In this document: one piece after another, positions 47,800 to 58,232 of the stretch
Layout: each line of letters starts with the position of its first letter
Position numbering within the stretch: the first letter of the stretch is position 1
Source of the DNA: Minisyncoccota bacterium
Lineage (GTDB): Bacteria; Patescibacteriota; Minisyncoccia; Phycocordibacterales; UBA9973
Assembly: GCA_031291825.1 (NCBI GenBank)
Contig: JARLIG010000009.1
Location: 983 to 64,982, forward strand
DNA length: 64,000 nucleotides
Direction of reading: 5' to 3'
Translations under genes and position numbers: made by a program
Notes under the pieces: model-generated
Databases searched by the model: none
The model's input: the letters and a program-made list of their open reading frames with translations, nothing else
What the model was told of the DNA's origin: nothing

Positions 47800-48438
47800 T
47801 TATGAATTTATTTGCACTCGACCGGAAGGATATAAATCTATCGAGGAAGAAACTCCAGTAGTACTTAGAAGTGTGATTTCTATATAAGAAACACCCGTCA
47901 ATTGAACACCGCCTGAATATAAAACTGCACCCGAATTTGGTCTAGCAAAAGTAATAGTTAGATTTGGAATTGAATTAGAACTAGAAGCATAAAAAACTTC
48001 GATATTGGAAATACTATTATTATTTGTAATAGTATATTTACTTATACATTCTTTATTTATGGTGGGTGGACAAGTTGATCCATCGAATTGATTATCTTGA
48101 TTGAGATCAACAAAATATATAAAATCTTTACTATCAGCACCCTTGATATCAGTTGCACTAGCAGAACTAAAATAAACACCATAAGATGGTTTCCAGTTCG
48201 ATGAAGATGTTTGAGCCGGCAATAAACCAGACAATGAAGCATTTTGCGCTCCGACAACCTGCAAGGCTACATCATTGGCTAGATTTGTAAGATTAATTTT
48301 TGCTTGTAAACCACCATAATTAAAAATAGCCACTGTTGCCAAAATTCCAAAAATTCCAAGCACAACCAACAATTCTAGCAAGGTCATCCCCGACTGAGAA
48401 TTACGAATTACGAATTTAGAATTACGAATTTTTTTCAT
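47800..48438 (-). CDS. Minor pilin (FimT/FimU-like)
   Basis: G|MTLLE motif, C-terminal SGRVQ. Confidence 0.85.
   Translation of the reverse strand: MKKIRNSKFVIRNSQSGMTLLELLVVLGIFGILATVAIFNYGGLQAKINLTNLANDVALQVVGAQNASLSGLLPAQTSSSNWKPSYGVYFSSASATDIKGADSKDFIYFVDLNQDNQFDGSTCPPTINKECISKYTITNNNSISNIEVFYASSSNSIPNLTITFARPNSGAVLYSGGVQLTGVSYIEITLLSTTGVSSSIDLYPSGRVQINS
48398..48432. repeat. GAATTAC heptamer array in pilin leader peptide
   Basis: Five units encoding KIRNSKFVIRNS; same unit as the trmD array. Confidence 0.8.
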
Positions 48439-48451
48439 GATATTTATTCAA

Positions 48452-49234
48452 CTAAAAAAGATGTAGTTCAAAGAAAAATGCCAGTAACGTGCCGAGCACT
48501 AAATAAGGGGCAAAAGGAATTTCGCTTTTCATTCCGTGTTTTTTGGAAAAAATAACCAACGCAATACCGACGACAGCTCCAATCCAGAAAGCAAGAACTA
48601 CTCCAGAAAGAGCACATGACAATCCAAGCAACCAACCAATGCTAATAGCCAGCTTCGCATCTCCAAGCCCCATCCATTTACCCGCAGAAACCAACCAGAA
48701 TAAAGCAAACGGAGCTGCAATAAACAGACCTGAAGCAAATTCTAAGATTGAAGGAATGTGGGGATAAAAACCAGAAGTATTAAAGAAAAATAGTCCAACG
48801 AAGGACAAAATTCCCAGAGCAATCGCCAGAGTGTCTGGAATTATTTTATGCCTGATATCGTATACCGCAATTACGAGCATCAATGAAAAGGCAGCCGCAA
48901 AATACGCATAAGTAAAACTAAATACTAAAGTCTGTCCATAAAAGAAAACATTTTGAAACTTTAAAAAGAGCGCCGCAAAAATAAAACCAGTAATTAGTTC
49001 AACGATGGGATATTGAATGGAGATATTAGCTTTACATTTTCGGCACCTACCTCGTAACCCCAAAAAACTAAAAACGGGTATTAACTCAAACCAAGAAAGC
49101 TGGTTCATGCAAGTCATACATCCACTTCTACCTCCGAAGGAACGTTCGGTGTTCAACCTTAGAATAACCACATTCAAAAAGCTTCCGATAATCAGACCCA
49201 ACACCAAGAATATTAAAGTAAAAATGGTAACCAT
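48452..49234 (-). CDS. pilD: Prepilin peptidase
   Basis: GSFLNV, CxxC pairs, YD..H.IIPD, MGLGDAKL, IPFAPYL. Start 49234. Confidence 0.95.
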   Translation of the reverse strand: MVTIFTLIFLVLGLIIGSFLNVVILRLNTERSFGGRSGCMTCMNQLSWFELIPVFSFLGLRGRCRKCKANISIQYPIVELITGFIFAALFLKFQNVFFYGQTLVFSFTYAYFAAAFSLMLVIAVYDIRHKIIPDTLAIALGILSFVGLFFFNTSGFYPHIPSILEFASGLFIAAPFALFWLVSAGKWMGLGDAKLAISIGWLLGLSCALSGVVLAFWIGAVVGIALVIFSKKHGMKSEIPFAPYLVLGTLLAFFFELHLF

Positions 49235-49295
49235 AAAAAAGAAATTCAAGTATAAAATTAAGACTAATACATTGAATATTATAGCACACACCCTT

Positions 49296-49335
49296 AAATA
49301 CAAAAACCACTCAAGTCGGAGTGATTTTTGTATTT
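49296..49335 (-). terminator. Terminator after second major pilin
   Basis: aaatacaaaaaccactc/gagtgatttttgtattt. Confidence 0.75.
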
Positions 49336-49358
49336 AGATAATTATTATTCAATAAATA

Positions 49359-49904
49359 TTATGTTCCACAAACACTACCGGAAACATCAGCATTTAATAA
49401 TGCTTGAGTATAAGCAGTACCACTAGGAGCAGTACCTGAAGCATATATTTCCTTAGAATTTCCCGAACTATCGACACACCAAGCAGTGCTGGTATCAGAT
49501 TTTAATTGAACTGCTGCTGCCCAAGCAGTTCCACTAGCTGGCTGTATGCATGCAGAGAAAGTACCGCCTGAATTAAGAGCCGAAGCAACTATACTAACAA
49601 ATTTTGCATCACCAAAAATATCTGTACCGCTGGCTGTTGATGGGCAAGTCCCGACAGCGTGCGCCACAACCGTACCGCAATTAACTCCGCTAGCTCCATA
49701 ACAACCATTACTACTATACAGAAGCTCTGCTTGGGAACGTAACTCTGTTAAGCTTGCTTTAACTGCCGCATCGTTACCTTTACTTCGAGCGTTATTCAGC
49801 GATGCTAAAATGACAGAAGCCAAGATACCGATGATAGCCACAACAACCAAGAGTTCAATCAAGGTGAAACCCAACTTAGAACCTTGGCTAAAATTATTTT
49901 TCAT
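49359..49904 (-). CDS. Type IV major-type pilin 2
   Basis: G|FTLIELLVVVAIIGILAS, ARSKGNDA, WCVDS. Confidence 0.92.
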   Translation of the reverse strand: MKNNFSQGSKLGFTLIELLVVVAIIGILASVILASLNNARSKGNDAAVKASLTELRSQAELLYSSNGCYGASGVNCGTVVAHAVGTCPSTASGTDIFGDAKFVSIVASALNSGGTFSACIQPASGTAWAAAVQLKSDTSTAWCVDSSGNSKEIYASGTAPSGTAYTQALLNADVSGSVCGT

Positions 49905-49968
49905 AAACAATAAGATATTTAATAATAATTAAATCTTTTAAACTCGTTCATTATACCACAAACCATAA

Positions 49969-50012
49969 ATAACAAAACCACTCCGAGCCGAAGCTGGGAG
50001 TGGTTTTGTTAT
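49969..50012 (-). terminator. Terminator after first major pilin
   Basis: ataacaaaaccactcc/ggagtggttttgttat. Confidence 0.8.
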
Positions 50013-50032
50013 AAAAGACTTTATCTAAAAGA

Positions 50033-50542
50033 TTATAGACAAACTAATTTACCTGAGATACCAGCGGTTGTTGTTCCCTTGGTTGTCACGGTTTCTTGTT
50101 TTGAATCCCCAGCTGAATCAACGCACCAAGCTGTTAGACCAGTAGTGTCACTCTTTAATATTCCTTCTATTGCAAACAATTGATCAGTAGCAGCTCCCGT
50201 AACTGCATAACCTGACTGTGCAGCTGCTTGCTTCAAAGCATTCTGTATCACAGTATCGCCAAAGACGTTACCAGTACAAGTTGTTAAAGTCCCAGCAGCA
50301 GCCACACTACAATCAACCTCTGTTGTGGCACCAGAAACGTTGTAACTAGAAGGAGTTGTTGAATCATAATCAAGCGCAGCTTGAGCACGCATGTTATCCA
50401 AATCCGACTTTATAGCCGCATCAGCACCCTTTGAACGAGCAGTGTTGAGAGATGCCAACACAACTGAAGCCAAGATACCGATGATAGCGACAACAACCAA
50501 GAGTTCGATAAGCGTGAAACCTTTCTTTAAATTCTTTTTCAT
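50033..50542 (-). CDS. Type IV major-type pilin 1
   Basis: MKKNLKKG|FTLIELLVVVAIIG, WCVDS. Start 50542. Confidence 0.92.
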   Translation of the reverse strand: MKKNLKKGFTLIELLVVVAIIGILASVVLASLNTARSKGADAAIKSDLDNMRAQAALDYDSTTPSSYNVSGATTEVDCSVAAAGTLTTCTGNVFGDTVIQNALKQAAAQSGYAVTGAATDQLFAIEGILKSDTTGLTAWCVDSAGDSKQETVTTKGTTTAGISGKLVCL

Positions 50543-50681
50543 ACTTTTTTGTTTACCCCGCCCCGCGGGGCAAGTTAATAATAATTTATAATAATAATGT
50601 CGACTTATTTTTAATACCGTTATTATATCATATGAATAATAATATATATGCAAGAAAGTTATCCACAGGGTAATTTTCGTG

Positions 50682-50721
50682 CCAGACCGTTGGACATCTG
50701 CCTTGCAGGTGTCCAACGTCT
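50682..50721. repeat. GTTGGACA..TGTCCAAC palindrome (family R5), copy 1
   Basis: ccagaccgttggacatctgccttgcaggtgtccaacgtct; second copy at 63891-63937. Confidence 0.8.
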
Positions 50722-51930
50722 TTAGCTAATACTACTAGACATATTGTAAATCGGTCCCAAAACAGACACACAGAGTATCCCGACACCGACACCGAGCACC
50801 ACAATCATCACTGGCTCGATGAGTCCGACGAGCGTATCTACCGCCCCATCAACTTCACGCGCATAGAAAAGTGTTAAAGTTTGCAAAATATTCCCCAGAG
50901 AACCAGTCTCTTCACCAACCGCCACCATTTGCACTAAAATCGGAGGAATATGGTCTCTATGTTTTTCAAATGCCACAGATAGAGATAAACCTGATTTTAC
51001 TCCATCCGCTACTTCTTCTAGTAAATGTTTATAAACCAAAGAACCCACAACTTGTGAGGTGATATCCAATGCTCGAACAATCGGCACACCAGAAGAAAGC
51101 ATTGTATTTAAGTTATCGGTTATTCGAGAAAGATAAAGTTTGGCATACAAATTACCAATAACGGGAGTAGAAAGTTTTAAAGTATCAAGATATACTTGTC
51201 CTTTTGGAGTAGAAGCTAATCGCCAAACCCAGATTGCTGCAAGAACTAGAATAATTAAAACGAAGATACCATAGTGTATAAACAAACCTGAAATATCAAT
51301 AACAATTTGCGTGAAAAATGGCACTGCCTGACCAGAACCTTCGATGATGGTAGCTAACTGCGGAATAACCATAGTAAACATCAGAGTCATAACCACAAAG
51401 AAAACCAAAATAACGAACGCTGGATAAATAAGTGCATTTTTAGTCTTGGAAGTGAGAGCATACTGACGGTCTAAATAATCCGCTAAATGTAAAAAGGTCT
51501 GATTAAGTTTTCCTGTCTCTTCACCGACTTTCACCATATTCACATAAAAATCAGAAAATACGTCTGGATGTTTAGCTAAAGCGCCAGAGATAGAAACTCC
51601 AGACTGCAAATCATCCCCTATTTGCGTGAGCTTCAATCCAAGTAATTTATTCTCGCTGTTTGCGGCAAGCATCGTAAAAGCTTTTAAGGCAGAAACTTGC
51701 GCTTCAAATAAGGTCGCAATCTGACGGGAAAAAACCACCACATCTTTTGGTTTGACTTTATCAAAGAAAGAAATGTCAAAGATAGATTTTTTTTCAGACT
51801 CTTCTTTAATAGAGATTACTACCAAGCCTCGGCGCTGAAGCCCAGCAATTGCAATATCACGAGTTGGCGCGTCAATTTCGCCCTCTTTACTAACCCCCTT
51901 ATCATCAATTGATTTATATTTGAATAACAT
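50722..51930 (-). CDS. pilC: Type IV pilus platform protein
   Basis: FSRQIATL, GEETGKL, YPAFV, LIEPVMIV (GspF family). Confidence 0.93.
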   Translation of the reverse strand: MLFKYKSIDDKGVSKEGEIDAPTRDIAIAGLQRRGLVVISIKEESEKKSIFDISFFDKVKPKDVVVFSRQIATLFEAQVSALKAFTMLAANSENKLLGLKLTQIGDDLQSGVSISGALAKHPDVFSDFYVNMVKVGEETGKLNQTFLHLADYLDRQYALTSKTKNALIYPAFVILVFFVVMTLMFTMVIPQLATIIEGSGQAVPFFTQIVIDISGLFIHYGIFVLIILVLAAIWVWRLASTPKGQVYLDTLKLSTPVIGNLYAKLYLSRITDNLNTMLSSGVPIVRALDITSQVVGSLVYKHLLEEVADGVKSGLSLSVAFEKHRDHIPPILVQMVAVGEETGSLGNILQTLTLFYAREVDGAVDTLVGLIEPVMIVVLGVGVGILCVSVLGPIYNMSSSIS

Positions 51931-51972
51931 TTTTAAGTTGAAAGTTTATAAAGTTCTTAAAGTTATAAAGTA

Positions 51973-53031
51973 CTAGATGAGGCGTTCCAATCCTTTTGGA
52001 TTAAGTGAATATTGATAAGCATTTTCAATGGAAATTTCTCCAGCACGGACCAAGTCTAACAATGAGTGGTTTAAATCCACCATACCAAACTCCATTCCTG
52101 TTTCAATAACCACGTCTATTTCATGTGTTCTTTTTTCACGGATTAAATTCGCTACTGCATTGTTGTTCAATAAAAGTTCATAAGCAGGTACTAATCCTCC
52201 AGCAATTCTAGGAATAAGTCTCTGAGAAAAAATACCCAGGAGTGACGCAGCAAGCTCTGTGCGAATTTGGTCTTGTTGACTGCCTGGGAACGAATCGATA
52301 ATTCGATCTATCGTTTGTGCCGCTGTGTTGGTATGCAAAGTAGAAATTACAAGGTGTCCTGTTTCAGCGGCGGTGACTGCCGTCGAAATAGTTTCAGGAT
52401 TTCTCATTTCACCAATCAAAATAACATTCACATCCTCACGAAAAACTTCCTTGAGAGCTATGTGAAAATCTTTAGTATCAATACCGACTTCACGTTGATT
52501 GATAATGGATTTATTTGGCACATAGATATGTTCAATCGGGTCTTCGATAGTAATAATATGACGCGCCTGTTCATTGTTTATCAGATTAACCATTGCTGAC
52601 AAAGTGGTTGATTTACCTTGTCCTACTGGTCCAACCACTAAAAAGAATCCTTGTTTTTTTCTAGACAAATCAGCTAAAATTTTAGGCAAACGAAGTTCTT
52701 CTAAGGTTTGAACTTTTGGGACCAATCGAAAAACCATATTGACTAAACCTTTTTGGAAAAACGCATTACCACGAAGTCTGGCTTCTCCTTTATAATCATA
52801 AGAAAAATCAGCTTCTTGGTTTTCTTTAAAGTTTTCAATTTTTTTCTTATCTAAAATAATAGATAAAAATCCCAGCATGTCTTCCTGAGTTAAGACTGGA
52901 CGTTTGACGAGAAATATTAGTTCCCCCATAACCCGAATAGCAGGAACTCTCCCAGCACCCAGATGTAAATCAGAACCATTCTCTCGAATAACATTTAAAA
53001 CAAGGTCTTCAAATTCTTTTTTATAGTCCAT
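51973..53031 (-). CDS. pilT: Pilus retraction ATPase
   Basis: SDLHL, GQGKSTT, TIEDPIE, GEMR, AETGHLV.STLHT, NLIRE. Confidence 0.93.
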   Translation of the reverse strand: MDYKKEFEDLVLNVIRENGSDLHLGAGRVPAIRVMGELIFLVKRPVLTQEDMLGFLSIILDKKKIENFKENQEADFSYDYKGEARLRGNAFFQKGLVNMVFRLVPKVQTLEELRLPKILADLSRKKQGFFLVVGPVGQGKSTTLSAMVNLINNEQARHIITIEDPIEHIYVPNKSIINQREVGIDTKDFHIALKEVFREDVNVILIGEMRNPETISTAVTAAETGHLVISTLHTNTAAQTIDRIIDSFPGSQQDQIRTELAASLLGIFSQRLIPRIAGGLVPAYELLLNNNAVANLIREKRTHEIDVVIETGMEFGMVDLNHSLLDLVRAGEISIENAYQYSLNPKGLERLI

Positions 53032-53038
53032 AATTTTT

Positions 53039-53443
53039 TTATTTACTTACCTGAACAATTTTTTTTTCTAAAATTTTTACAACTTGCTCAATAACTTCAG
53101 TCGGGGTGGAGTTCGCTTTTACGATATATCCCGATACTCCCAATCTATTCCCTTCGTCAATATCTGATTGCTGACTTTTGTTTGATAAAACTATTTTTAT
53201 GCAATTAGTGCATAAATTTTCCTTATTGATTTGACTCAGCATTTCAAAACCATCCATATCTGGCATAATCACATCCATCAACATCACATCAGGAGCAAGT
53301 CCACCTTTTAATTTTTCTATAGCTTGCAAAGCACCAGGAGCAGCGTAAACCTCAAAGTTATTTTGGCTGAATTTGAGCGCATACATATCCAAGAGAAAGC
53401 TATCATCATCGACTATTAAAATTTTCTTTTTTTCTCCTTCCAT
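53039..53443 (-). CDS. Single-domain response regulator
   Basis: ILIVDDD, MDVIMPDMDG, YIVK. Confidence 0.92.
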   Translation of the reverse strand: MEGEKKKILIVDDDSFLLDMYALKFSQNNFEVYAAPGALQAIEKLKGGLAPDVMLMDVIMPDMDGFEMLSQINKENLCTNCIKIVLSNKSQQSDIDEGNRLGVSGYIVKANSTPTEVIEQVVKILEKKIVQVSK

Positions 53444-53458
53444 AGTATCTATTATACA

Positions 53459-55201
53459 CTATTCATTTTCGCTATTAAAGTTATAAACTTCTGTAAACGG
53501 TATAACTCCAGCTAATGATTTAAACATTGCATCCTCTCTCATCATTAACATTCCTTTAATACGAGCCACCTTATAAATAGCTTCATTGGTCGGATTTTTT
53601 AAAATAACCTGTTGCATTTCTTTATCGATTTTAAACATTTCAAAAATAGCCACGCGTCCTCGGGTGCCAGAAGGACATTCTCCAGATGGAACGGTCTCAT
53701 ACATTTCATTACCAATTGTCGGCCTGAATTGTTCTGGTAAGTCTTCTAGCTGTTTTTCAATCTGAACTTTAATAGTCGGGTCTAGAGGAACAAGTTTACG
53801 AGAAGAGGCGCAAGTCAATCTGGCTAAACGTTGCGCAATAGAAACAATCAAGGTTGGTGCAATTAGATATGGGTCAACTCCCATGTCGACAAGTCTAGGA
53901 ATGGCGCCGATGGCGGAATTGGTGTGCAGCGTCGAAAGCACAAGATGTCCAGTTAGAGCCGCCTGAATGGCAAGTTGAGCTGTTTCCTTGTCACGTATTT
54001 CTCCAACCATGATTACATCTGGGTCCTGACGAAGAATCGAGCGCAGTCCAGAAGCAAAAGTGTAACCTATTTCAGGCATCATCTGTGACTGATTGATATC
54101 TGGCATGTGGTATTCCACTGGGTCTTCTAAGGAAACAATGTTACTTCTTTCTTTATCAAGCGCGTTCATCATAGAATACAAGGTAGTTGATTTTCCCGAA
54201 CCTGTCGGACCAGTAATAAGAATAAGTCCATATGGCTTTTTAATTGCTTCTTTAACGATATCTAAGTTAACTTTAGAAAGACCAAGTTGGTCGAGAGGCT
54301 TTACTCCTTTTTCGGAATCCAAAATACGCATAACAATCTTTTCGCCATAATAAGATGGCATTGTCGAAACACGAAAATCAATTTTTCTGCCATCGATATT
54401 TGCACTAAAAGAACCGTCTTGCGGTTTACGTTTTTCGTCTAATCGAAGTTTGGATAAAATTTTTATACGAGCGACAATCCCATTGTACACACTTGATGGC
54501 AAAACAATGGATGTATGCAACGAACCATCCACACGAAAACGCACTTTTACTTTTTCTCCGGTATATTCAATATGTATATCAGAAGCGCCTCCTTCCAGTG
54601 CAGTACGTAGGATAACCGCAACAATTTTTATAACTGGCGCAGTTTCAGTGATTTTTTCTTCTTCCTTTGATTTTATATTTTTGATTTCTTTACTTAAACT
54701 TTCTTCGCTGACACCTTTGATGTTAGAGATTTCTTCCTGATTTAATTCATTAAGAGATTCTTCAACTTGACTACCCAAGCCTTTATAGCTCTGCATTATT
54801 TTTTCATAGTCACCTTGTGAAATCAAAAAAACTTTAAAAGGAATGCCTATCTTGGAAGAAATAAATTGCAACGCATCCATGGCTTGTATGTCTTCTGGGT
54901 CCGTTACTCCCACCTCCAATACTCCGTCTTTTAACTCAAGTGGAGTAAAATGATAATGTGTAGCTGAATCTTCAGAAATATACTTCAACGCATTAAAAGA
55001 CATCTCTTCAAGATTTACATGTTTTACTGGCAAATTCAAATACTCCCCTCTTATTTCAAGAATTTTTTCTTCTGGCAAGCCAGACTCAACTAGTACTTTT
55101 TCAATATCTCCGTTGAAATTTTCCTTGGCGCGATTTTTAATCTCAGCTATTTGGCTTGTTTTAATTAAACCTCTTTTAGCTAATTCTTCTAAGAAACTCA
55201 T
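53459..55201 (-). CDS. pilB: Pilus assembly ATPase (PilB/GspE)
   Basis: ASDIHIE, PQDG, GPTGSGKSTT, LRQDPD..MVGEIRD. Confidence 0.93.
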   Translation of the reverse strand: MSFLEELAKRGLIKTSQIAEIKNRAKENFNGDIEKVLVESGLPEEKILEIRGEYLNLPVKHVNLEEMSFNALKYISEDSATHYHFTPLELKDGVLEVGVTDPEDIQAMDALQFISSKIGIPFKVFLISQGDYEKIMQSYKGLGSQVEESLNELNQEEISNIKGVSEESLSKEIKNIKSKEEEKITETAPVIKIVAVILRTALEGGASDIHIEYTGEKVKVRFRVDGSLHTSIVLPSSVYNGIVARIKILSKLRLDEKRKPQDGSFSANIDGRKIDFRVSTMPSYYGEKIVMRILDSEKGVKPLDQLGLSKVNLDIVKEAIKKPYGLILITGPTGSGKSTTLYSMMNALDKERSNIVSLEDPVEYHMPDINQSQMMPEIGYTFASGLRSILRQDPDVIMVGEIRDKETAQLAIQAALTGHLVLSTLHTNSAIGAIPRLVDMGVDPYLIAPTLIVSIAQRLARLTCASSRKLVPLDPTIKVQIEKQLEDLPEQFRPTIGNEMYETVPSGECPSGTRGRVAIFEMFKIDKEMQQVILKNPTNEAIYKVARIKGMLMMREDAMFKSLAGVIPFTEVYNFNSENE

Positions 55202-55215
55202 AATTTAATTGGGTG

Positions 55216-55638
55216 TTAATGACTAGTAGGTGGGGGTGTCGTCGTTACAGTGGGTGTCGCAGGAGAAGCAGGTGTAGTCGGCGCAGTAGTATCACCTACT
55301 CCAAATTCCGCAAACGGGTCTGGCCGACCAACAGTAGCATCTGGCGTAAGCGTAACACTAGAATCATGCAAGCTGGTAAAAGCTGGATCAGAAAAAATAC
55401 CAACATCTAGTTTTATGGTTCTAACACTAGATAATAAATTAAGGAAATTTTGAGCAACGACAGTGCCATCAGCAGTATTAGTACCCGTAGTTGAACCACT
55501 GGTATCCGTGGTTGTTCCAGACGAAGAAACTATCGTAGCTTGGTTGTTATTAAGTGAAGGCTTAACAAAAAATATGTAGACCAAAATTAGTACGGCTGCA
55601 ATTGCTACAAATATTATAATGTTTCTGATTTTTGGCAT
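55216..55638 (-). CDS. Pilus-operon membrane protein (PilP-position)
   Basis: N-terminal TM, GRPDPF motif, position after pilO. Confidence 0.65.
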   Translation of the reverse strand: MPKIRNIIIFVAIAAVLILVYIFFVKPSLNNNQATIVSSSGTTTDTSGSTTGTNTADGTVVAQNFLNLLSSVRTIKLDVGIFSDPAFTSLHDSSVTLTPDATVGRPDPFAEFGVGDTTAPTTPASPATPTVTTTPPPTSH

Positions 55639-55643
55639 TTTTT

Positions 55644-56264
55644 TTAACTATTTAACCAATAAGTTTGAATATTAAAATCATATGTATAACTTGGAGAAGA
55701 GGTGGCAGATTTTGGCCCAGTCGTTGTTGCCGTAGCAGACGAAAATGAAATTGAAGATATGTCCACAATTCTAAGGTTACTTTCTAAGCTTTTAGTAAAA
55801 GCAATAAAATTATCATAGGTGCCTGATGTAGAAAATCCTAAATTAAAAGTTCCGTAACCTTGCGTCTGACTAGCCGGCTGGGTAATAGCTCCTCCTCCCG
55901 ATGCGGCGGCGGTTCCAGTTGCCGCTGTCGGTGTATTTGAATCATACTTCACGTCACTCAATTGCATGCCATAAGTTGAAGCGATTTGTTGTATTTCTAA
56001 AATTAAACGAATATTGTTAATATCATCCGGTAAAAGTGTTTGTAACTTTGCTAAGTTATCTGGATCAATACTATTATATGTAGCAGTTAGTTGGTCTCTT
56101 TCTTTTTGCAGTTGCGTCGAGGTATCTAGCGCCTGATTATAAGAATTAATCTGCGCCTGCAATGCAGTTATGCCATTCGCACCAGAATACATCGGATTGG
56201 TAACCACGAAAAAGAACGCAATCGCGATTCCTGTTAAAATAATTGGCATAATAAATTTCATCAT
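55644..56264 (-). CDS. pilO: PilO-like protein
   Basis: TM, coiled coil, LLPD, GTYDNF..F..LE.NLRI. Confidence 0.75.
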   Translation of the reverse strand: MMKFIMPIILTGIAIAFFFVVTNPMYSGANGITALQAQINSYNQALDTSTQLQKERDQLTATYNSIDPDNLAKLQTLLPDDINNIRLILEIQQIASTYGMQLSDVKYDSNTPTAATGTAAASGGGAITQPASQTQGYGTFNLGFSTSGTYDNFIAFTKSLESNLRIVDISSISFSSATATTTGPKSATSSPSYTYDFNIQTYWLNS

Positions 56265-56269
56265 AAAGT

Positions 56270-56914
56270 TTAACTTGGTGTGGCGGCTAAGGTTTGTTTA
56301 TAATTAACAAAAGAAGGAACGACATAAAACTCTAAATCAAAAGTAATATTTCCAGAACTGTCTACTGTCAGATTTGAAAAAACAGGATTAATAAAATTTT
56401 TATCCTGAGAAAATAAATCCGACTCAAGAGCAATAGATCGATAGTCAATTGCGGTACCAGACATTTTAACATCTATATTACCAGAAGTTCCTGTTCTGGC
56501 ATCTCCAGCTGCGGAAGCAGTTGCTGCGCCTGCTCCCGAACTTAAGGTATAACCAAACTGAGTGTAACGAATCGTATGCATCGTTATATTTTCAAGCTCA
56601 GTAAAAATCGGACTAACAGCTATGTGATTATCTAAAACTTCTGTGGCAGCATTTAAGCGCTTATCTAAAAGCTGTAATTCGGATATTTTTGTGGGCTCGA
56701 AGCTATTTTGAGCATTATTGAGACTAGTTTGCAAACTTACTATTTTATTTTCCAGACTTTTCTTGTAAAAGAAAATTCCACCTGTTCCAATAAGAACAAT
56801 AAACAAAATTGCGATAGCAGCAATCATAAATATACCAATGGGTTGCGATGAAGTAACTCGCTCTTCGACAATTGGCTTTTTAGGTATAAATGATGTTTGA
56901 AAATTTTGATCCAT
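56270..56914 (-). CDS. pilN: PilN-like protein
   Basis: TSFIPK N-terminus, TM, position after pilM. Confidence 0.75.
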   Translation of the reverse strand: MDQNFQTSFIPKKPIVEERVTSSQPIGIFMIAAIAILFIVLIGTGGIFFYKKSLENKIVSLQTSLNNAQNSFEPTKISELQLLDKRLNAATEVLDNHIAVSPIFTELENITMHTIRYTQFGYTLSSGAGAATASAAGDARTGTSGNIDVKMSGTAIDYRSIALESDLFSQDKNFINPVFSNLTVDSSGNITFDLEFYVVPSFVNYKQTLAATPS

Positions 56915-56995
56915 CTTACCCTATTATTATATTACAAAAACAACTTTTAATGAAGCAAATTGTGTATAACTTTGATTACTATTGATAATTTTAGG

Positions 56996-58135
56996 TTATT
57001 GCAATTTTCGCAATGCTGCACCTAGAGCCACAGCAAATTCTGGTCCCATGTTATCCAATACTTTTTCCAAAAATTCAGGGGCGCCAACTTTAGAAAATGG
57101 ATGGCCTATTTCGATTTCCGCTTGAAAATTATTTACTGCAATTTCTTTGAGCCCCTTCAAAAGACAACCTCCCCCAGTTAAGATAACTTTACTGATAGTG
57201 CGGTCATATCTCTTTTCATATCCCAATAAAACATTATTTGCTTCAGAAAAAATATAATCAATGTGCAATTTGATAATATCACTTAGGCTTTTTTCGGTGG
57301 GACTACCAAAAAATCCAAATTCTTTTTTCATTTTTTCCGCCTCCACAAAAGGAATATTCAGGGATTTTGAAATGGAATTAGAAATATCAGCGCCTCCTCT
57401 TTCTATTGTATGGTAACTTTTGACTAAACCAAATTCAACGATGGACAACTTGGTGCGTGATGCTCCAAAATCCATCAACAAAACTGGAGATAGTTCGTGT
57501 TCAAAATTTGCCCGAATCGAAGAAAATATTTCAATCTCAAAAAAAGAAGCTTCCAGTCCACATTGTGAAACAATTGAACGATATTTTGCAACTGCATCAT
57601 TCTGGGTTGCTACAACTAGCACATTTATTTTTTCTACTTTTTCTACCGATGGATCAACATTGGTTGTATCTGCATTGAGTTCAGAAAAGGATGCTTCCTT
57701 TTTTGGTAAAATAAAATAATCGATTGAAACCTCGGTGATTGGAACTGGAATATACTTGCGAGCTTCGGTTGGAACAATTGCAGCTATTTCAGCCGCGCCG
57801 ACTTGAGCTGGAAGTTCAATGGTAAAAATTAAACTAGATTGGACTGGAATCGCGATAGCTAAAGGATTGTTCGTTACGTCCGACTGCTTAAGAACTTCTT
57901 TTAAAGCCAACACAACTTTTTCGATCGGAAGATTGGTGACACGTCCAGCTTCAAGGTCACTATAAGGACCAAGCGCAATGGCGCCATAAGTTTCTAGCAT
58001 AGCCTTACCTCCTTTTTTCTTGATTTCCACAACCTTGATAGCTGAAGAACCAATATCAACACCAATAGCGCTATCTCCACTACCTTTATTTTTTGACAAG
58101 CCAGAAAGAATGTTCTTCAGAAAATTATTATTCAT
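56996..58135 (-). CDS. pilM: PilM actin-like ATPase
   Basis: GVDIGSSAIKVVE, MDFGAS, ILTGGG, AVALGAALR. Start 58135. Confidence 0.92.
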   Translation of the reverse strand: MNNNFLKNILSGLSKNKGSGDSAIGVDIGSSAIKVVEIKKKGGKAMLETYGAIALGPYSDLEAGRVTNLPIEKVVLALKEVLKQSDVTNNPLAIAIPVQSSLIFTIELPAQVGAAEIAAIVPTEARKYIPVPITEVSIDYFILPKKEASFSELNADTTNVDPSVEKVEKINVLVVATQNDAVAKYRSIVSQCGLEASFFEIEIFSSIRANFEHELSPVLLMDFGASRTKLSIVEFGLVKSYHTIERGGADISNSISKSLNIPFVEAEKMKKEFGFFGSPTEKSLSDIIKLHIDYIFSEANNVLLGYEKRYDRTISKVILTGGGCLLKGLKEIAVNNFQAEIEIGHPFSKVGAPEFLEKVLDNMGPEFAVALGAALRKLQ

Positions 58136-58232
58136 TGTATTTTGTGCTAAAATTATACCATAAACCTGTCCCGTTAGAAATACATATGATTCTAATAAAC
58201 CACAAAACATTATTAATAAAATTTCTAATGGG

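Noticed and set aside
50659-50667. Replication origin from DnaA boxes (TTATCCACA here; TGTGTATAA at 56961-56969)
   Set aside because: Isolated single boxes, no cluster and no dnaA nearby.
50543-50716. N-terminal extensions in the ORF track (pilin 1, pilM, pilD, trmD, GT2, rpoB, DsbA)
   Set aside because: Extensions run through promoters, repeats or the opposite gene; family homology starts at downstream ATGs.
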